Below are positions 1-11,470 of a stretch of DNA of 50,037 bases, one piece after another (positions within the stretch are counted from its first letter, which is position 1; each line of letters opens with the position of its first letter). Source of the DNA: Alphaproteobacteria bacterium (GTDB lineage: Bacteria > Pseudomonadota > Alphaproteobacteria > JACZXZ01); contig DASPPM010000004.1 of the NCBI GenBank assembly GCA_035625535.1, forward strand, positions 1-50,037, written 5' to 3'. The translations under genes and the position numbers were made by a program. Under the pieces are notes generated by a model. The model was not told where the DNA came from. It did no database searches and worked only from the letters and a program-made list of their open reading frames with translations.

Positions 1-1687
1 CGCTCGGCGCCGCCTCGCACTCGGCGGGCGAGACGCCGTCGCCTTCATAGGTCGAGTACATGTAGGGCGTGAGCGAGGCGAACTCGGCGGCGCAGGTATC
101 GATGCGTTTATAGACCGGATGCACGTCGAGGTGCTGCCGCCGCTCCGCGACCTCGCCCTCCTTGAGCCCGGCAAGCTCGGCAAGGCGCGCGTCCGAGAAG
201 CCGAGCTTCTTGAGGCGCAGGAGCTCGTGCCGGGCGCTCGAGAGACCGCGCGCGCGGACCTCTTTCTCGCTTTCGACGAGACGGGAGATCTGCGCAAGGA
301 ACCAACGGTCGTAGCGGCAGGCGCGGTGGACCTCCTCGAGCGTGAGCCCGTAGCGGAAGGCCTGCGCGATGACCAGGAGGCGGTCGGGGGTGGGGACCGC
401 AAGGGCGGCGCGCACCACGTCCTTGTTGGCGCCCGCAGCCGCACCGGGGATGTCGACCTCATTCAGGCCGGTTAAGCCGGTCTCCATCGAGCGCAGCGCT
501 TTTTGCAGCGACTCGGCGAAGTTGCGCCCGATCGCCATCGCTTCGCCCACCGATTTCATGGAGGTGGTGAGGACCTTCTCGGCACCCGGGAACTTCTCGA
601 AGGTGAAGCGCGGCATCTTGGTCACGACGTAATCGATCGTCGGCTCGAAGGAGGCGGGGGTGACGCCGGTGATGTCGTTCGCCAGCTCGTCGAGCGTGTA
701 GCCGACCGCGAGCTTGGCGGCGACCTTGGCGATGGGAAAGCCGGTCGCCTTGGAGGCCAAGGCCGAGGAGCGCGAGACGCGCGGGTTCATCTCGATGATG
801 ACGAGCCTGCCGCTCTCCGGCTGCACGGCGAACTGGACATTCGAGCCGCCTGTGTCGACGCCGATCTCGCGCAGGACCGCGAGCGAGGCGTCGCGCATGA
901 TCTGATATTCCTTGTCGGTGAGCGTGAGCGCCGGGGCCACGGTGATGCTGTCGCCGGTATGGATGCCCATCGGGTCAACGTTCTCGATCGAGCAGACGAT
1001 GATGCAATTGTCCTTGCGGTCGCGTACCACCTCCATCTCGAACTCTTTCCAGCCGAGCACCGACTCCTCGATCAGCACCTCGCCGATCGGCGAGGCCTTG
1101 AGCCCGCCGCTCACGATCTCGGCGAACTCGGCCTGATTGTAGACGATCCCGCCGCCCGTGCCGCCGAGCGTGAACGAGGGTCGGACGATGGCGGGAAGGC
1201 CGATCTCGGCAAGGACGACACGCGCCTCCTCGAGGGTGTGGGCGATGGCGCTCTTCGGCGATGCGAGCCCGATGCGGGTCATCGCCTCGCGGAAGAGGAG
1301 GCGGTCCTCCGCCTTTTCGATCACCTCGGCGCGCGCGCCGATCATCTCGACGCCGAAGGCGGTGAGCTCGCCGCCTTTGGCGAGCGCCATCGCGGTGTTG
1401 AGCGCGGTCTGTCCGCCCATGGTGGGCAAAAGCGCCGAGGGGCGCTCCTTCTCGATGATGCGTGCGACGAACTCGCGCGTGATGGGCTCGATATAGGTGG
1501 CGTCCGCCAGGCCCGGGTCGGTCATGATCGTCGCCGGGTTCGAGTTGACCAGCACGACGCGATAGCCCTCGTCCTTGAGCGCCTTGACGGCCTGGGTGCC
1601 CGCGTAATCGAACTCGCAAGCTTGGCCGATCACGATCGGCCCGGCGCCGATGACGAGGACGGAGTCGATGTCGCTGCGCTTAGGCAT
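1..1687 (-). CDS. carB: carbamoyl-phosphate synthase large subunit, N-terminal ~562 codons (continues past the left edge)
   Basis: Absent from the ORF track because it is edge-truncated. My own minus-strand translation from the ATG at 1687 gives [58 protein letters not shown]..., the canonical CarB N-terminus. It lies directly downstream of carA. Confidence 0.9.
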   Translation of the reverse strand, partial: MPKRSDIDSVLVIGAGPIVIGQACEFDYAGTQAVKALKDEGYRVVLVNSNPATIMTDPGLADATYIEPITREFVARIIEKERPSALLPTMGGQTALNTAMALAKGGELTAFGVEMIGARAEVIEKAEDRLLFREAMTRIGLASPKSAIAHTLEEARVVLAEIGLPAIVRPSFTLGGTGGGIVYNQAEFAEIVSGGLKASPIGEVLIEESVLGWKEFEMEVVRDRKDNCIIVCSIENVDPMGIHTGDSITVAPALTLTDKEYQIMRDASLAVLREIGVDTGGSNVQFAVQPESGRLVIIEMNPRVSRSSALASKATGFPIAKVAAKLAVGYTLDELANDITGVTPASFEPTIDYVVTKMPRFTFEKFPGAEKVLTTSMKSVGEAMAIGRNFAESLQKALRSMETGLTGLNEVDIPGAAAGANKDVVRAALAVPTPDRLLVIAQAFRYGLTLEEVHRACRYDRWFLAQISRLVESEKEVRARGLSSARHELLRLKKLGFSDARLAELAGLKEGEVAERRQHLDVHPVYKRIDTCAAEFASLTPYMYSTYEGDGVSPAECEAAPS

Positions 1688-1717
1688 GGGGGCAGTGCAT
1701 CGTAAGCGGAAATTGCG

Positions 1718-1738
1718 CCTCCCCCCTTGAGGGGGAGG
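1718..1738. repeat. REP-like hairpin CCTCCCCC-cttga-GGGGGAGG in the carA-carB spacer
   Basis: Perfect 8-bp inverted repeat with a 5-nt loop, read directly. It shares the CCCCC-TTGA-GGGGG core with the element at 44255-44345. Confidence 0.5.
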
Positions 1739-1773
1739 TTAACTTTGGTGAGCGGGAGATCATAAGGCTGCGC

Positions 1774-2958
1774 TCATGCGTTCTCTTCCATCAGCCTGAC
1801 GAACCTCTCGAACAGGTAATGGCTGTCGCGCGGGCCGGGCGAGGCCTCGGGATGATATTGCACGGCAAAGACCGGCATGTCCTTGAGGCGGAAGCCCTCG
1901 ACGCTGCCGTCGAAGAGCGAGCGGTGGGTGACCTCGAGCCCGCTCGGCAACGACGACTCGACCACGACGAAGCCGTGGTTCTGGCTGGTGATCTCGACCT
2001 TGCCTGTTTGCAGATCTTTGACCGGGTGATTCGCCCCGCGATGGCCGTGATGCATCTTCTCGGTCCGGGCGCCCAGTGCCAGTGCCATCATCTGGTGGCC
2101 GAGGCAGATGCCGAAGGTGGGCACTCCCGCCTCGATGATCTGCCGGATCATCGGCACCGCATATTCGCCGGTCGCCGCAGGGTCGCCGGGACCGTTCGAG
2201 AGGAAGACGCCGTGGGGCAGGAGGCTGAGTATGGCGTCCGCGCTCGTCGTCGCGGGCACTACGGTGACCCGGCAGCCGGCGGAGGCGAGACAGCGCAGGA
2301 TGTTGCGCTTGGCGCCGTAATCGACCGCGACCACGTGGAGCGTCGGTGCCAGCTGCCGGCCATAGCCCGCTCCGAGCACCCAGCGCGTCTCGTCCCACTG
2401 ATAGGTCTGCCGGCAACTCACCTCGCGCGCGAGGTCCATGCCTTCGAGGCCGGGCCAGGCGGCGGCCTCGCCTATGAGCGCCTCGACATCGAAACGGCCA
2501 TCGGGGGCAAAGCAGAGGACGCCGTTCGCAGCCCCGCCTTCGCGCAGACGCCGCGTGAGACGGCGCGTGTCGATGCCGGCGAGCCCGGGAAGCCCGTGGC
2601 CGGCGAGCCAGGAGCTGAGGTGCTGTGTCGCACGCCAGTTGCTCGGCTCCGTAAGGTCGTCGCGGACGATGAGGCCGCGCGCCGCCGGCGTCATGGTCTC
2701 GATGTCCTCGGGGTTGGTGCCGACGTTGCCGATGTGGGGGAAGGTGAAGGTGATGATCTGCGCGGCGTAGGAGGGATCGGTGAGGATCTCCTGGTAGCCG
2801 GTGATCGAGGTGTTGAAGCAGACCTCGCCCACGACCTTGCCTCGAGCCCCGATGCCGCGGCCCCAATAGAGCGTGCCATCGGAGAGCGCCAGCACGGCCG
2901 TGGCCGCCGGCGGCGCCGGCAGCCGCGATTCTGCGCGCGTGGGCTCGTGCTGCGACAT
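1774..2958 (-). CDS. carA: carbamoyl-phosphate synthase small (glutamine amidotransferase) subunit
   Basis: 394-aa ORF. Contains ...GEVCFNTSITGYQEILTDPSYAAQIITFTFPHIGNVGTN... and the GATase motif FGICLGHQ. Sits upstream of carB on the same strand. Confidence 0.93.
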   Translation of the reverse strand: MSQHEPTRAESRLPAPPAATAVLALSDGTLYWGRGIGARGKVVGEVCFNTSITGYQEILTDPSYAAQIITFTFPHIGNVGTNPEDIETMTPAARGLIVRDDLTEPSNWRATQHLSSWLAGHGLPGLAGIDTRRLTRRLREGGAANGVLCFAPDGRFDVEALIGEAAAWPGLEGMDLAREVSCRQTYQWDETRWVLGAGYGRQLAPTLHVVAVDYGAKRNILRCLASAGCRVTVVPATTSADAILSLLPHGVFLSNGPGDPAATGEYAVPMIRQIIEAGVPTFGICLGHQMMALALGARTEKMHHGHRGANHPVKDLQTGKVEITSQNHGFVVVESSLPSGLEVTHRSLFDGSVEGFRLKDMPVFAVQYHPEASPGPRDSHYLFERFVRLMEENA

Positions 2959-3010
2959 GCGGATGGTCCCCGGCTGCCGCGCGTAAGCGGTAGTGCGGCG
3001 GGCCGCGGCT

Positions 3011-3039
3011 TAGATAAGCAAAGGCCATGCCGGCGTCAA
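3011..3039 (-). promoter_or_regulatory. candidate sigma70-type promoter for carA (TTGACG-N17-TATCTA)
   Basis: The minus strand reads TTGACG (3039-3034), a 17-nt spacer, then TATCTA (3016-3011), about 50 nt upstream of the carA ATG. Pattern match only. Confidence 0.3.
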
Positions 3040-3153
3040 GCCGGGGGCCGCGAAAAATTTCTTGCGAATTCAAGCGCTTAATGCGTGCTAATCGCTTGCG
3101 CCGGGGGGCGTTTCCGGTTACCGTACTCGCTTTCCATGCAGGCGTTCCCTGCC

Positions 3154-3615
3154 ATGCTCCGTGCCCGCCTGAGCGAGGCCCTCAAGGCCGCGATGAAAGC
3201 GAGAGACGCGCGTGCCGTTTCGGCGGTGCGCCTCATCTTGGCGCGACTCAAGGAGCGCGACATCGAGGCCCGCCCCAAGGGCAAGCCGGAGGGCATCTCC
3301 GATGAGGAGATGGTCGCGATGATGCAGGGCATGATCAAGCAGCGGCACGAGTCGATCGAGCTCTACGAGCGCGGCCGCCGGCCCGAGCTCGCGGAGAAGG
3401 AAAGGGGCGAGATTGCGGTCATCGAGTCGTTCATGCCGCGCCAGCTCTCGGAGAGCGAGATGGCGGAAGCAATCACAAAGGTGGTCGGCGAGCTCGGTGC
3501 CAGCGGAATGAAGGACATGGGAAAGGTGATGGCGAAGCTCAAGGAGCGCTTTGCCGGGACCATGGATTTCGCAAAGGCGAGCACGATCGTCAAGGCGAGG
3601 TTGGCAGGAGGCTGA
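3154..3615 (+). CDS. yqeY: GatB/YqeY domain-containing protein
   Basis: MLRARLSEALKAAMKARDARAVSAVRLILARLKERDIE... matches the YqeY-family N-terminus. The ORF is open from 3085, and internal ATGs at 3136 and 3154 are alternative starts. The position upstream of dnaG-rpoD is typical. Confidence 0.8.
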   Translation: MLRARLSEALKAAMKARDARAVSAVRLILARLKERDIEARPKGKPEGISDEEMVAMMQGMIKQRHESIELYERGRRPELAEKERGEIAVIESFMPRQLSESEMAEAITKVVGELGASGMKDMGKVMAKLKERFAGTMDFAKASTIVKARLAGG

Positions 3616-3787
3616 GGCCGGCAGAGCATTGAAGGCGCGGCGGCGGAGTCGCATAATTTGCGCCAGCCCGTTGCTGCCGCGGGCCGGCCATAGCACATAG
3701 AGGGTGATTGGCCTCGGGCGAAGGCCGAAGAGGGCGGCGGCGGGCCGCCAGGTGGGGGAGCCTCAAGTTGCGCGCGGTTGCGGCCTG

Positions 3788-5644
3788 ATGGCCTTGTCTC
3801 CACAATTCCTCGACGAGCTGCGTGCCCGAGTGGGGCTCGTCGATGCGATCTCCCGGCGCGTCAAGCTCCAGCGCAAGGGCCGCGAGCACCTTGGCCTGTG
3901 CCCGTTCCACAACGAGAAGACCCCCTCCTTCACCGTCAACGAGGACAAGGGCTTCTTCCATTGCTTCGGCTGCGGCGCCCACGGCGACGTGATCGGCTTC
4001 GTCATGCGCAGCGAGCATCTGAGCTTTCCCGAGGCGATCGAGCGGCTCGCCGCCCAAGCGGGCCTCGCCGTACCGCAATCCTCGCCGCACGAGCGCGCGC
4101 GCGCGGAGAAGCTCAAGACCCTCGGCTCCGCCCTCGAGGCCGCCTGCGCCTTCTTCGAGAAGCAGCTCTCAGGCCCGCCCGGACGGGCGGCACTTGACTA
4201 TCTCCACCGCCGCGGCCTGGATGAGACGATCATCGCCCGCTTCCGCCTCGGCTGGGCACCCGAGCGCAATGCGCTCAAGACGCACCTCCTCAAGGAAGGC
4301 TATCCCGAGACGCTTTTGCTCGAGGCCGGCCTGATCGGTCATAGCGAGGAGCGCAACGAGAGCTACGATTATTTTCGCGCCCGCGTCATCTTTCCGATCG
4401 CCGACGCGCGCGGGCGTGTCGTCGCGTTCGGCGCGCGCACGCTCGGCGAGGCGACGCCCAAATACATAAATTCGCGGGAAGGCGAGCTCTTCCATAAGGG
4501 CAAGATGCTCTACGGCCTGGCCCATGCCCGGCGCGGGGCCGCCGAGAGCGGCCGGCTCGTCGTGGTCGAGGGCTACATGGACGTCATCGCGTTGCACCAG
4601 GCGGGCTTCAACGACGCGGTGGCGCCGCTGGGGACCGCCTTGACCGAGGCGCAACTGGCACTGCTCTGGCGTCTCGTCGACGAGCCCGTGCTCTGCTTCG
4701 ACGGCGACGCGGCGGGCGCACGTGCGGCGGGTCGCGCCGCCGAGCGCGCGCTCCCGCTCTTGGCTCCCGGCAAGTCGCTTAGCTTTGTGCGCCTGCCCGC
4801 GGGCGAGGATCCCGACACCATGGTGCGAGAGGAAGGCGGGGTTGGAGCCGTGCGCACGCTCTTGAGCGAGGCCCGGCCGCTGGTCGATCTCGTTTGGGAG
4901 CTGGAGATCGCCGCGCACCCCACCGATACGCCCGAGCGCAGGGCTAAAATGAAAGAGCGCATCGAGGCGACCGCCCGGCGCATCAAAAATGACGCGGTGC
5001 AGAAAACCTATCGGCAGGAGCTTTGGGCCCGCTATCACCACTATTACGGCGGCCAAGGGGCCAAGGGCGGCCTTGCGGGCAAGAGGGAGCGCCATCCCGG
5101 CGCCGGGCGTGGGCTTGAGCCGGGCTCTGTGGGTCTCAAGGGGCCGCGCAAGCCCGAAACATTGCCCAGACTCGGCCAGGAGGGGCTCTTGGCCGCGATC
5201 GTAAGCCGGCCGGCTCTCCTTGATCAGCTCGGCGAGCTCTTCGGCACCCTCGAGCTGCCCAAGGGTGAGCTTGACGAGCTGAGGCGCGAGATCATAAAGA
5301 CCTGGAAGCCGGATATTGACACCGAGGCGCTGAAAAACCACCTAGTGGCATCCGGTTACGGTAGCGCGCTCGCGCGCGTTCTGGCCCGTGATACCTGGGT
5401 TGCGGCCCAGGACGCGAGCCTCGAGCAGGCAACGAGGGCGTGGCGGCACAGCTACGACCTTCTCTCCAGCTCCCATGCCACGCGGGAGGTTGAGAAGGCG
5501 GAACGCGAACTGGCCGAGAATATGACCGACGAAGGGCTGGTCCGCCTGCAGGCGGGTCGACGCGAGGTCTTGGCCCTCAAGGAACACGCATTGGACCACG
5601 AGCGAGACGAGTTCCTCTTCCGCAAGGGGAAGAGGCGAAAGTGA
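3788..5644 (+). CDS. dnaG: DNA primase
   Basis: MALSPQFLDELRARVGLVDAISRRVKLQRKGREHLGLCPFHNEKTPSFTVNEDKGFFHCFGCGAHGD carries the zinc-ribbon CPFH...CFGCG motif, followed by a Toprim region (VVEGYMDVIAL). Start chosen at the ATG at 3788 inside the 3704 ORF. Confidence 0.93.
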   Translation: MALSPQFLDELRARVGLVDAISRRVKLQRKGREHLGLCPFHNEKTPSFTVNEDKGFFHCFGCGAHGDVIGFVMRSEHLSFPEAIERLAAQAGLAVPQSSPHERARAEKLKTLGSALEAACAFFEKQLSGPPGRAALDYLHRRGLDETIIARFRLGWAPERNALKTHLLKEGYPETLLLEAGLIGHSEERNESYDYFRARVIFPIADARGRVVAFGARTLGEATPKYINSREGELFHKGKMLYGLAHARRGAAESGRLVVVEGYMDVIALHQAGFNDAVAPLGTALTEAQLALLWRLVDEPVLCFDGDAAGARAAGRAAERALPLLAPGKSLSFVRLPAGEDPDTMVREEGGVGAVRTLLSEARPLVDLVWELEIAAHPTDTPERRAKMKERIEATARRIKNDAVQKTYRQELWARYHHYYGGQGAKGGLAGKRERHPGAGRGLEPGSVGLKGPRKPETLPRLGQEGLLAAIVSRPALLDQLGELFGTLELPKGELDELRREIIKTWKPDIDTEALKNHLVASGYGSALARVLARDTWVAAQDASLEQATRAWRHSYDLLSSSHATREVEKAERELAENMTDEGLVRLQAGRREVLALKEHALDHERDEFLFRKGKRRK

Positions 5645-5719
5645 GCGGCGGGAAGCGCTCTCGGGGAAGGGGGAGTGCTGTCGTTGGTTTTATCACGGTC
5701 GAAAGGGGGCGACGGCGGC

Positions 5720-7747
<2,028 letters not shown>

Positions 7748-7749
7748 GG

Positions 7750-7839
7750 CCAGATGACAGATGCCAGATGCCAGGGATCAGGGATCAGATGCGGTCACGC
7801 CCCACATCTGATACCTGTCATCTGACCTCTGACATCCGG
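7750..7839. repeat. ~90-nt imperfect palindrome made of CAGATG/CATCTG units between rpoD and the tRNA
   Basis: Left arm: CCAGATGACAGATGCCAGATGCCAGGGATCAGGGATCAGATGCGG. The right arm reverse-complements to CCGGATGTCAGAGGTCAGATGACAGGTATCAGATGTGGG. Read directly. Confidence 0.6.
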
Positions 7840-7842
7840 CAA

Positions 7843-7919
7843 GGGCCCGTAGTTCAGCTGGTTAGAACGCACCGCTCATAACGGTGTTGTCGCAGGTTCG
7901 AGTCCTGCCGGGCCCACCA
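7843..7919 (+). tRNA. tRNA with CAU anticodon, 77 nt including encoded CCA; elongator type (Met or lysidine-dependent Ile2)
   Basis: Hand-folded cloverleaf: acceptor GGGCCCG/CGGGCCC, D arm GTTC..GAAC, anticodon arm CACCG-CTCATAA-CGGTG, T arm GCAGG-TTCGAGT-CCTGC, then A-CCA. It lacks initiator features (no 1:72 mismatch, no GGG/CCC anticodon stem). Confidence 0.88.
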
Positions 7920-8106
7920 GATTTTTCGATGAGTTGCGGAAGCGCCGCCGCCACCTCTAGGATCGGACGGCACAGAGCGGGCACGCAAATCGCCGTTTCG
8001 GTGTTGCGCCAGAGCGGCATTTGGGCCTTCAGCTCCTGCCGAATGGCGCTCACCGCGCCGCACTCGATGGAAGCTGGCACTCAGACGTCGCGCGGGGGAC
8101 TCGCGG

Positions 8107-10065
8107 CTAAAGTCCCTCACGCGCCGCTTTGCCGAGCTCTTGCATTGCTTCCGGATTGACGAGAGACGATTGGTCGCCCGGCGGCTCGCCCGTGAGGACC
8201 GCTCGCACCAGGCGCCGCATGACCTTCATGTTCCGCGTCTTCGGCAGGTCCGACACGAAGAGGATGCGGAGTGGCCGGAACGAGCCGCCAAGCCCCGTCG
8301 CCACGACATCGGCGAGGCGAGCCGCTAGAGCTGCCCCGGCTCGCTCGGTCGCTGCGGCGACGACGGCGCAAACCAGTGCGGTGCCCTTGATCGCGTCGGG
8401 CACCCCCACGGCCGCGGCCTCGGTAACCGCCCGTGTGGCGAGCAGGAGATTCTCGATCTCCGCAGGCCCGGCACGCTTGCCCGCGATCTTGATCGTGTCG
8501 TCGGAGCGGCCGTGGATGTACCAGCGACCGTCGAAATCGCGCGACGCCCAGTCGCCGTGGACCCACATTCCGGGGATTTTCTGCCAATAGTTTTCGAGAT
8601 AGCGCTCACGGTCGCGCCAGAGCCCGCGTGTCGTACCGATGCACGGCGCACGCATCACCAGCTCGCCCACCTCGCCGAGCCGCAAGCTCTGTCCGTTTGC
8701 GTCGACGATATCGGCTCCCGTGCCCGGAATGGGCCCGTGAAAGCTCGCCGGTTTTATCGGAAAGAGGATATTGGTCGCGACAATGCCTCCGAGTTCCGTC
8801 CCGCCGGAGTAATTCATCAGGGGCGCGCGCCGCCCACATACCTTCTCGAACACCCACATCCAGCTGTCGTGGTCCCACGGCTCGCCGGTCGATGCGGCGA
8901 TCCTGAGCGAGGACAGATCGAAGTGCGCCGGTACTGCGTCGCCATATCGGCGCAAGGTCCGCGCCAGCGTCGGGCCGATCCCCAGGAAGGTGATTCCGTG
9001 ATCTCGCACCAGACGCCAGATCCGTGCGGGCTCAGGATAGTCGGGCGCCCCTTCCGCCAAGACAAGGGTCGCGCCCACGAGTGTCGCGGCGGTAATCTGC
9101 ACCGGGCCGACGAGCCAACCCATGTCGGTCATCCAAAACAGCCTATCGCCAGCCTGCAGATCGAAGCAGAGCGCCATATCTTGGCCGGTCTTGGTCACAA
9201 AGCCGCAGTGGGTGTGAATGGTCCCCTTGGGGCGGCCGGATGTCCCGGAGGTGAACACCACCATCAAGGCATGCTCGGCGTCGACCTCCGTCGTCGGAAA
9301 ATTCTCGGGCCGCCCGGCAACCAGCTCATGCCACCAATGATCGCGCGCAGTTTTCATGGGAGCGCCGGTTCCGAGCCGCCGCAGGACGACCACATGATGG
9401 ACGGATGGGGTTTCCGCGATCGCCTGGTCGACGACCTCCTTCATCGGCACGTGCTTGCCGCGGCGTATGGTGCCGTCGACGGTAATCACGGCATCGGCGC
9501 CGCCGTCGAGGAGGCGCGTGGCTATCGCCGCGCTGCCGAACCCCGAAAATAGCGGCATGGCGATGCACCCGAGCTTCGCCACCGCAAGAAAAGCAGCAAC
9601 GGTTTCCGGCAGCATCGGCATGTAAATCGCGACCATGTCGCCGCGCTTGAGCCCCAGTGCCGACAATCCCGCGGCCAGTCGGCATGTTTCCGCGTAGAGC
9701 TCGCGATAGCTCCATCGGCGCTGCTCGCCGGTCTCGGATTCCCAGATCACGGCGGCGCGTGTCTCAGCGGCGCCCCCGATGTGCTTGTCGAGGCAATTCA
9801 AGACCAGGTTGGTCGTGCCCCCAATGCACCAATGCGCGAATGGCAGCCCCTCGGAGAGGTCGAGAACTCTTTCATACGGTTTGTAGAAGCGGATACCGAG
9901 AAACCGAATGAGAGCATTCCAGAACCAAGACGGATCGTCGTCGGCTCGCACCGCGAGAGAGTCGTAATCCTCGAGGCCCTCCGCGTTGATGAACGCCTGC
10001 CAATTGCTGCGCCGCTTCACATCCCCGCTCGGCCACCAGACGTAATCTTCAGCGAGCTTAGCCAC
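8107..10065 (-). CDS. Acs-family AMP-forming acyl-CoA synthetase (substrate unknown)
   Basis: Contains the AMP-binding motifs FTSGTSGRPKG and YSGGTELGG, an Acs-like N-terminal region (WCIGGTTNLVLNCLDKH) and the C-terminal PKTRNMKVMRR. I prefer the GTG at 10065, which is preceded by GGGAG. The track ATG at 10098 has no RBS and sits in the loop of a CGCGGCCG/CGGCCGCG hairpin (10085-10109). Confidence 0.85.
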   Translation of the reverse strand: MAKLAEDYVWWPSGDVKRRSNWQAFINAEGLEDYDSLAVRADDDPSWFWNALIRFLGIRFYKPYERVLDLSEGLPFAHWCIGGTTNLVLNCLDKHIGGAAETRAAVIWESETGEQRRWSYRELYAETCRLAAGLSALGLKRGDMVAIYMPMLPETVAAFLAVAKLGCIAMPLFSGFGSAAIATRLLDGGADAVITVDGTIRRGKHVPMKEVVDQAIAETPSVHHVVVLRRLGTGAPMKTARDHWWHELVAGRPENFPTTEVDAEHALMVVFTSGTSGRPKGTIHTHCGFVTKTGQDMALCFDLQAGDRLFWMTDMGWLVGPVQITAATLVGATLVLAEGAPDYPEPARIWRLVRDHGITFLGIGPTLARTLRRYGDAVPAHFDLSSLRIAASTGEPWDHDSWMWVFEKVCGRRAPLMNYSGGTELGGIVATNILFPIKPASFHGPIPGTGADIVDANGQSLRLGEVGELVMRAPCIGTTRGLWRDRERYLENYWQKIPGMWVHGDWASRDFDGRWYIHGRSDDTIKIAGKRAGPAEIENLLLATRAVTEAAAVGVPDAIKGTALVCAVVAAATERAGAALAARLADVVATGLGGSFRPLRILFVSDLPKTRNMKVMRRLVRAVLTGEPPGDQSSLVNPEAMQELGKAAREGL

Positions 10066-10192
10066 TTCAGCGCTCCCTAATGCCCGCGGCCGTAGCATCG
10101 GCGGCCGCGAAATCGCACACGATCAGCTTCGCGATGCACGCTTGGCCGCGTCATTTCGGCCAGCGCGAGCCGGACGTTATCCCCCCGGAGTC

Positions 10193-10218
10193 GGAGGCGC
10201 CAGGCACAATGCGCCTCC
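10193..10218 (-). other. intercistronic hairpin GGAGGCGC-N10-GCGCCTCC downstream of the binding-protein gene
   Basis: Perfect 8-bp inverted repeat 25 nt after the stop at 10243, with no U tract. The position matches mRNA-stabilising hairpins often seen after ABC binding-protein genes; that function is inferred. Confidence 0.35.
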
Positions 10219-10242
10219 AATCCGGGAAGCATCCCCCTGCGA

Positions 10243-11439
10243 TCAGAGCTTGCAGCTCCCGTCCGGCTTCGGCGTCGCAACCTCGGCAGGCACAGTCATG
10301 GTGATGATCGGCCGGAGCTTGCCGTTCTGCTCGCCGACATAGCCGAAGAAATTCGGCCCGACGAGCTGATGGTCGCCCTTCCGCATCAGCTGCTCGCCGA
10401 GGATGGTGTGGAACGTGGTTCCCTCCATCGCTGCGGCGACGTCCTTCGGCTTGACGCTATCGGCCTTCTTGATCGCCTGCAGGATGACCTGCATGCCGAT
10501 ATAGGTCTCGCCCTCGAAATTCGTCGGTTCGGTGCCTGGGTATTTCTTGGCCCAATCTGCGACGAATTTCTTGTTATCGGGCGTGTCGAGGGTGGAGCTG
10601 TAGTTGATGATGCCCCAGATGCCCTTTGATACATCGCCGAGAGACTTGACCGTGTTGTCCGTGACGAAGCTGACGCCGGCCGTGAAGACGTGATCCAGGA
10701 GGCCAAACTGCTTCGCTTGCGTTGCGAAGGTAAGCGCATCGCGACCCGCCAGCGCCACCCACATCCCTTCGGCGCCGGAATCCCGGACCTTCTGGATGTA
10801 AGGCGCGTAGTCGTTATTGCCGAACGCCGGATAGTTTTCCGAGACGATTCCCTTGGCATCCGCCTTTGCCGCGGCGCTGAAGCTGCTGGCCGAATCGTGC
10901 CCCCAGGCGATATCCGCCGCCATGATCGCCCATTTAGCCTCCTTCCGCGTCTTGAGCCAAGGCTGCACCACCGCGGCGTCCGAAGCATCCAGGCGATTGA
11001 CCCGGAACAGCAACGGCTGGCAAGAGGCCCCCGTGAGGGCATTGGCCTTGTTGATGGTCGAGACATAGATCGCGTTCCAGCGTTCCAGCATCGACCCCAT
11101 TGCCAAGCCCTCGCCGGAGGCGATGGTTCCCGTCAGCAGATTGTAGCCATCGAGGGCCAGCTTTTCGCCTTGTTGACGCGCGAGGTCGGGCTTCGCCTCC
11201 GTATCCAGGAACTTCGCCTCGACCTGCCGGCCATCGACTCCGCCGGCCGCATTGGCTTCATCGACCGCGAAAATGACGGCGCGCCGCGCCTGATCGCCGA
11301 GGTCCGCATAAGTGCCGGTTAGTGCCGTCGGTACTCCTATCTTGATGGGATCCTTGGCGTCGGCCGGATGGGTCGCAATCAAGCCGAGCATCGCTGCCGC
11401 GGTGCTCGTCAGCAGCATCGTCCTTCGAGTCAACCTCAT
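10243..11439 (-). CDS. ABC transporter periplasmic substrate-binding protein, LivK / Peripla_BP_6 type
   Basis: The start MRLTRRTMLLTSTAAAMLGLIATHPADA is a signal peptide with a twin-arginine-like TRRTML, preceded by a GGGAGG RBS. The mature part begins KDPIKIGVPTALTGTYADLG, typical of branched-chain-amino-acid-type binding proteins. Confidence 0.85.
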   Translation of the reverse strand: MRLTRRTMLLTSTAAAMLGLIATHPADAKDPIKIGVPTALTGTYADLGDQARRAVIFAVDEANAAGGVDGRQVEAKFLDTEAKPDLARQQGEKLALDGYNLLTGTIASGEGLAMGSMLERWNAIYVSTINKANALTGASCQPLLFRVNRLDASDAAVVQPWLKTRKEAKWAIMAADIAWGHDSASSFSAAAKADAKGIVSENYPAFGNNDYAPYIQKVRDSGAEGMWVALAGRDALTFATQAKQFGLLDHVFTAGVSFVTDNTVKSLGDVSKGIWGIINYSSTLDTPDNKKFVADWAKKYPGTEPTNFEGETYIGMQVILQAIKKADSVKPKDVAAAMEGTTFHTILGEQLMRKGDHQLVGPNFFGYVGEQNGKLRPIITMTVPAEVATPKPDGSCKL

Positions 11440-11470
11440 CGCAATCCTCCCTTTCTTCCGGGCTCGCCCC

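Noticed and set aside
503-1705. 400-aa plus-strand ORF, plus 975..1619 (-), 1760..3073 (-) and 1819..3081 (+)
   Set aside because: They overlap carB or carA in the wrong frame or strand. The genuine carB frame is the edge-truncated one not listed in the track.
3056-3080. Shared 10-mer GCGAATTCAA upstream of carA (about 3066) and upstream of the HpcH aldolase gene (about 23745)
   Set aside because: The match is short and was found post hoc. The flanks do not align and neither site is palindromic beyond GAATTC, so it is probably chance.
7920-8106. Looked for an integrase, direct repeats of the tRNA 3' end, or other signs of a genomic island next to the tRNA
   Set aside because: No integrase- or recombinase-like ORF and no duplicated tRNA 3' segment were seen. 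The next gene is the converging acyl-CoA synthetase.
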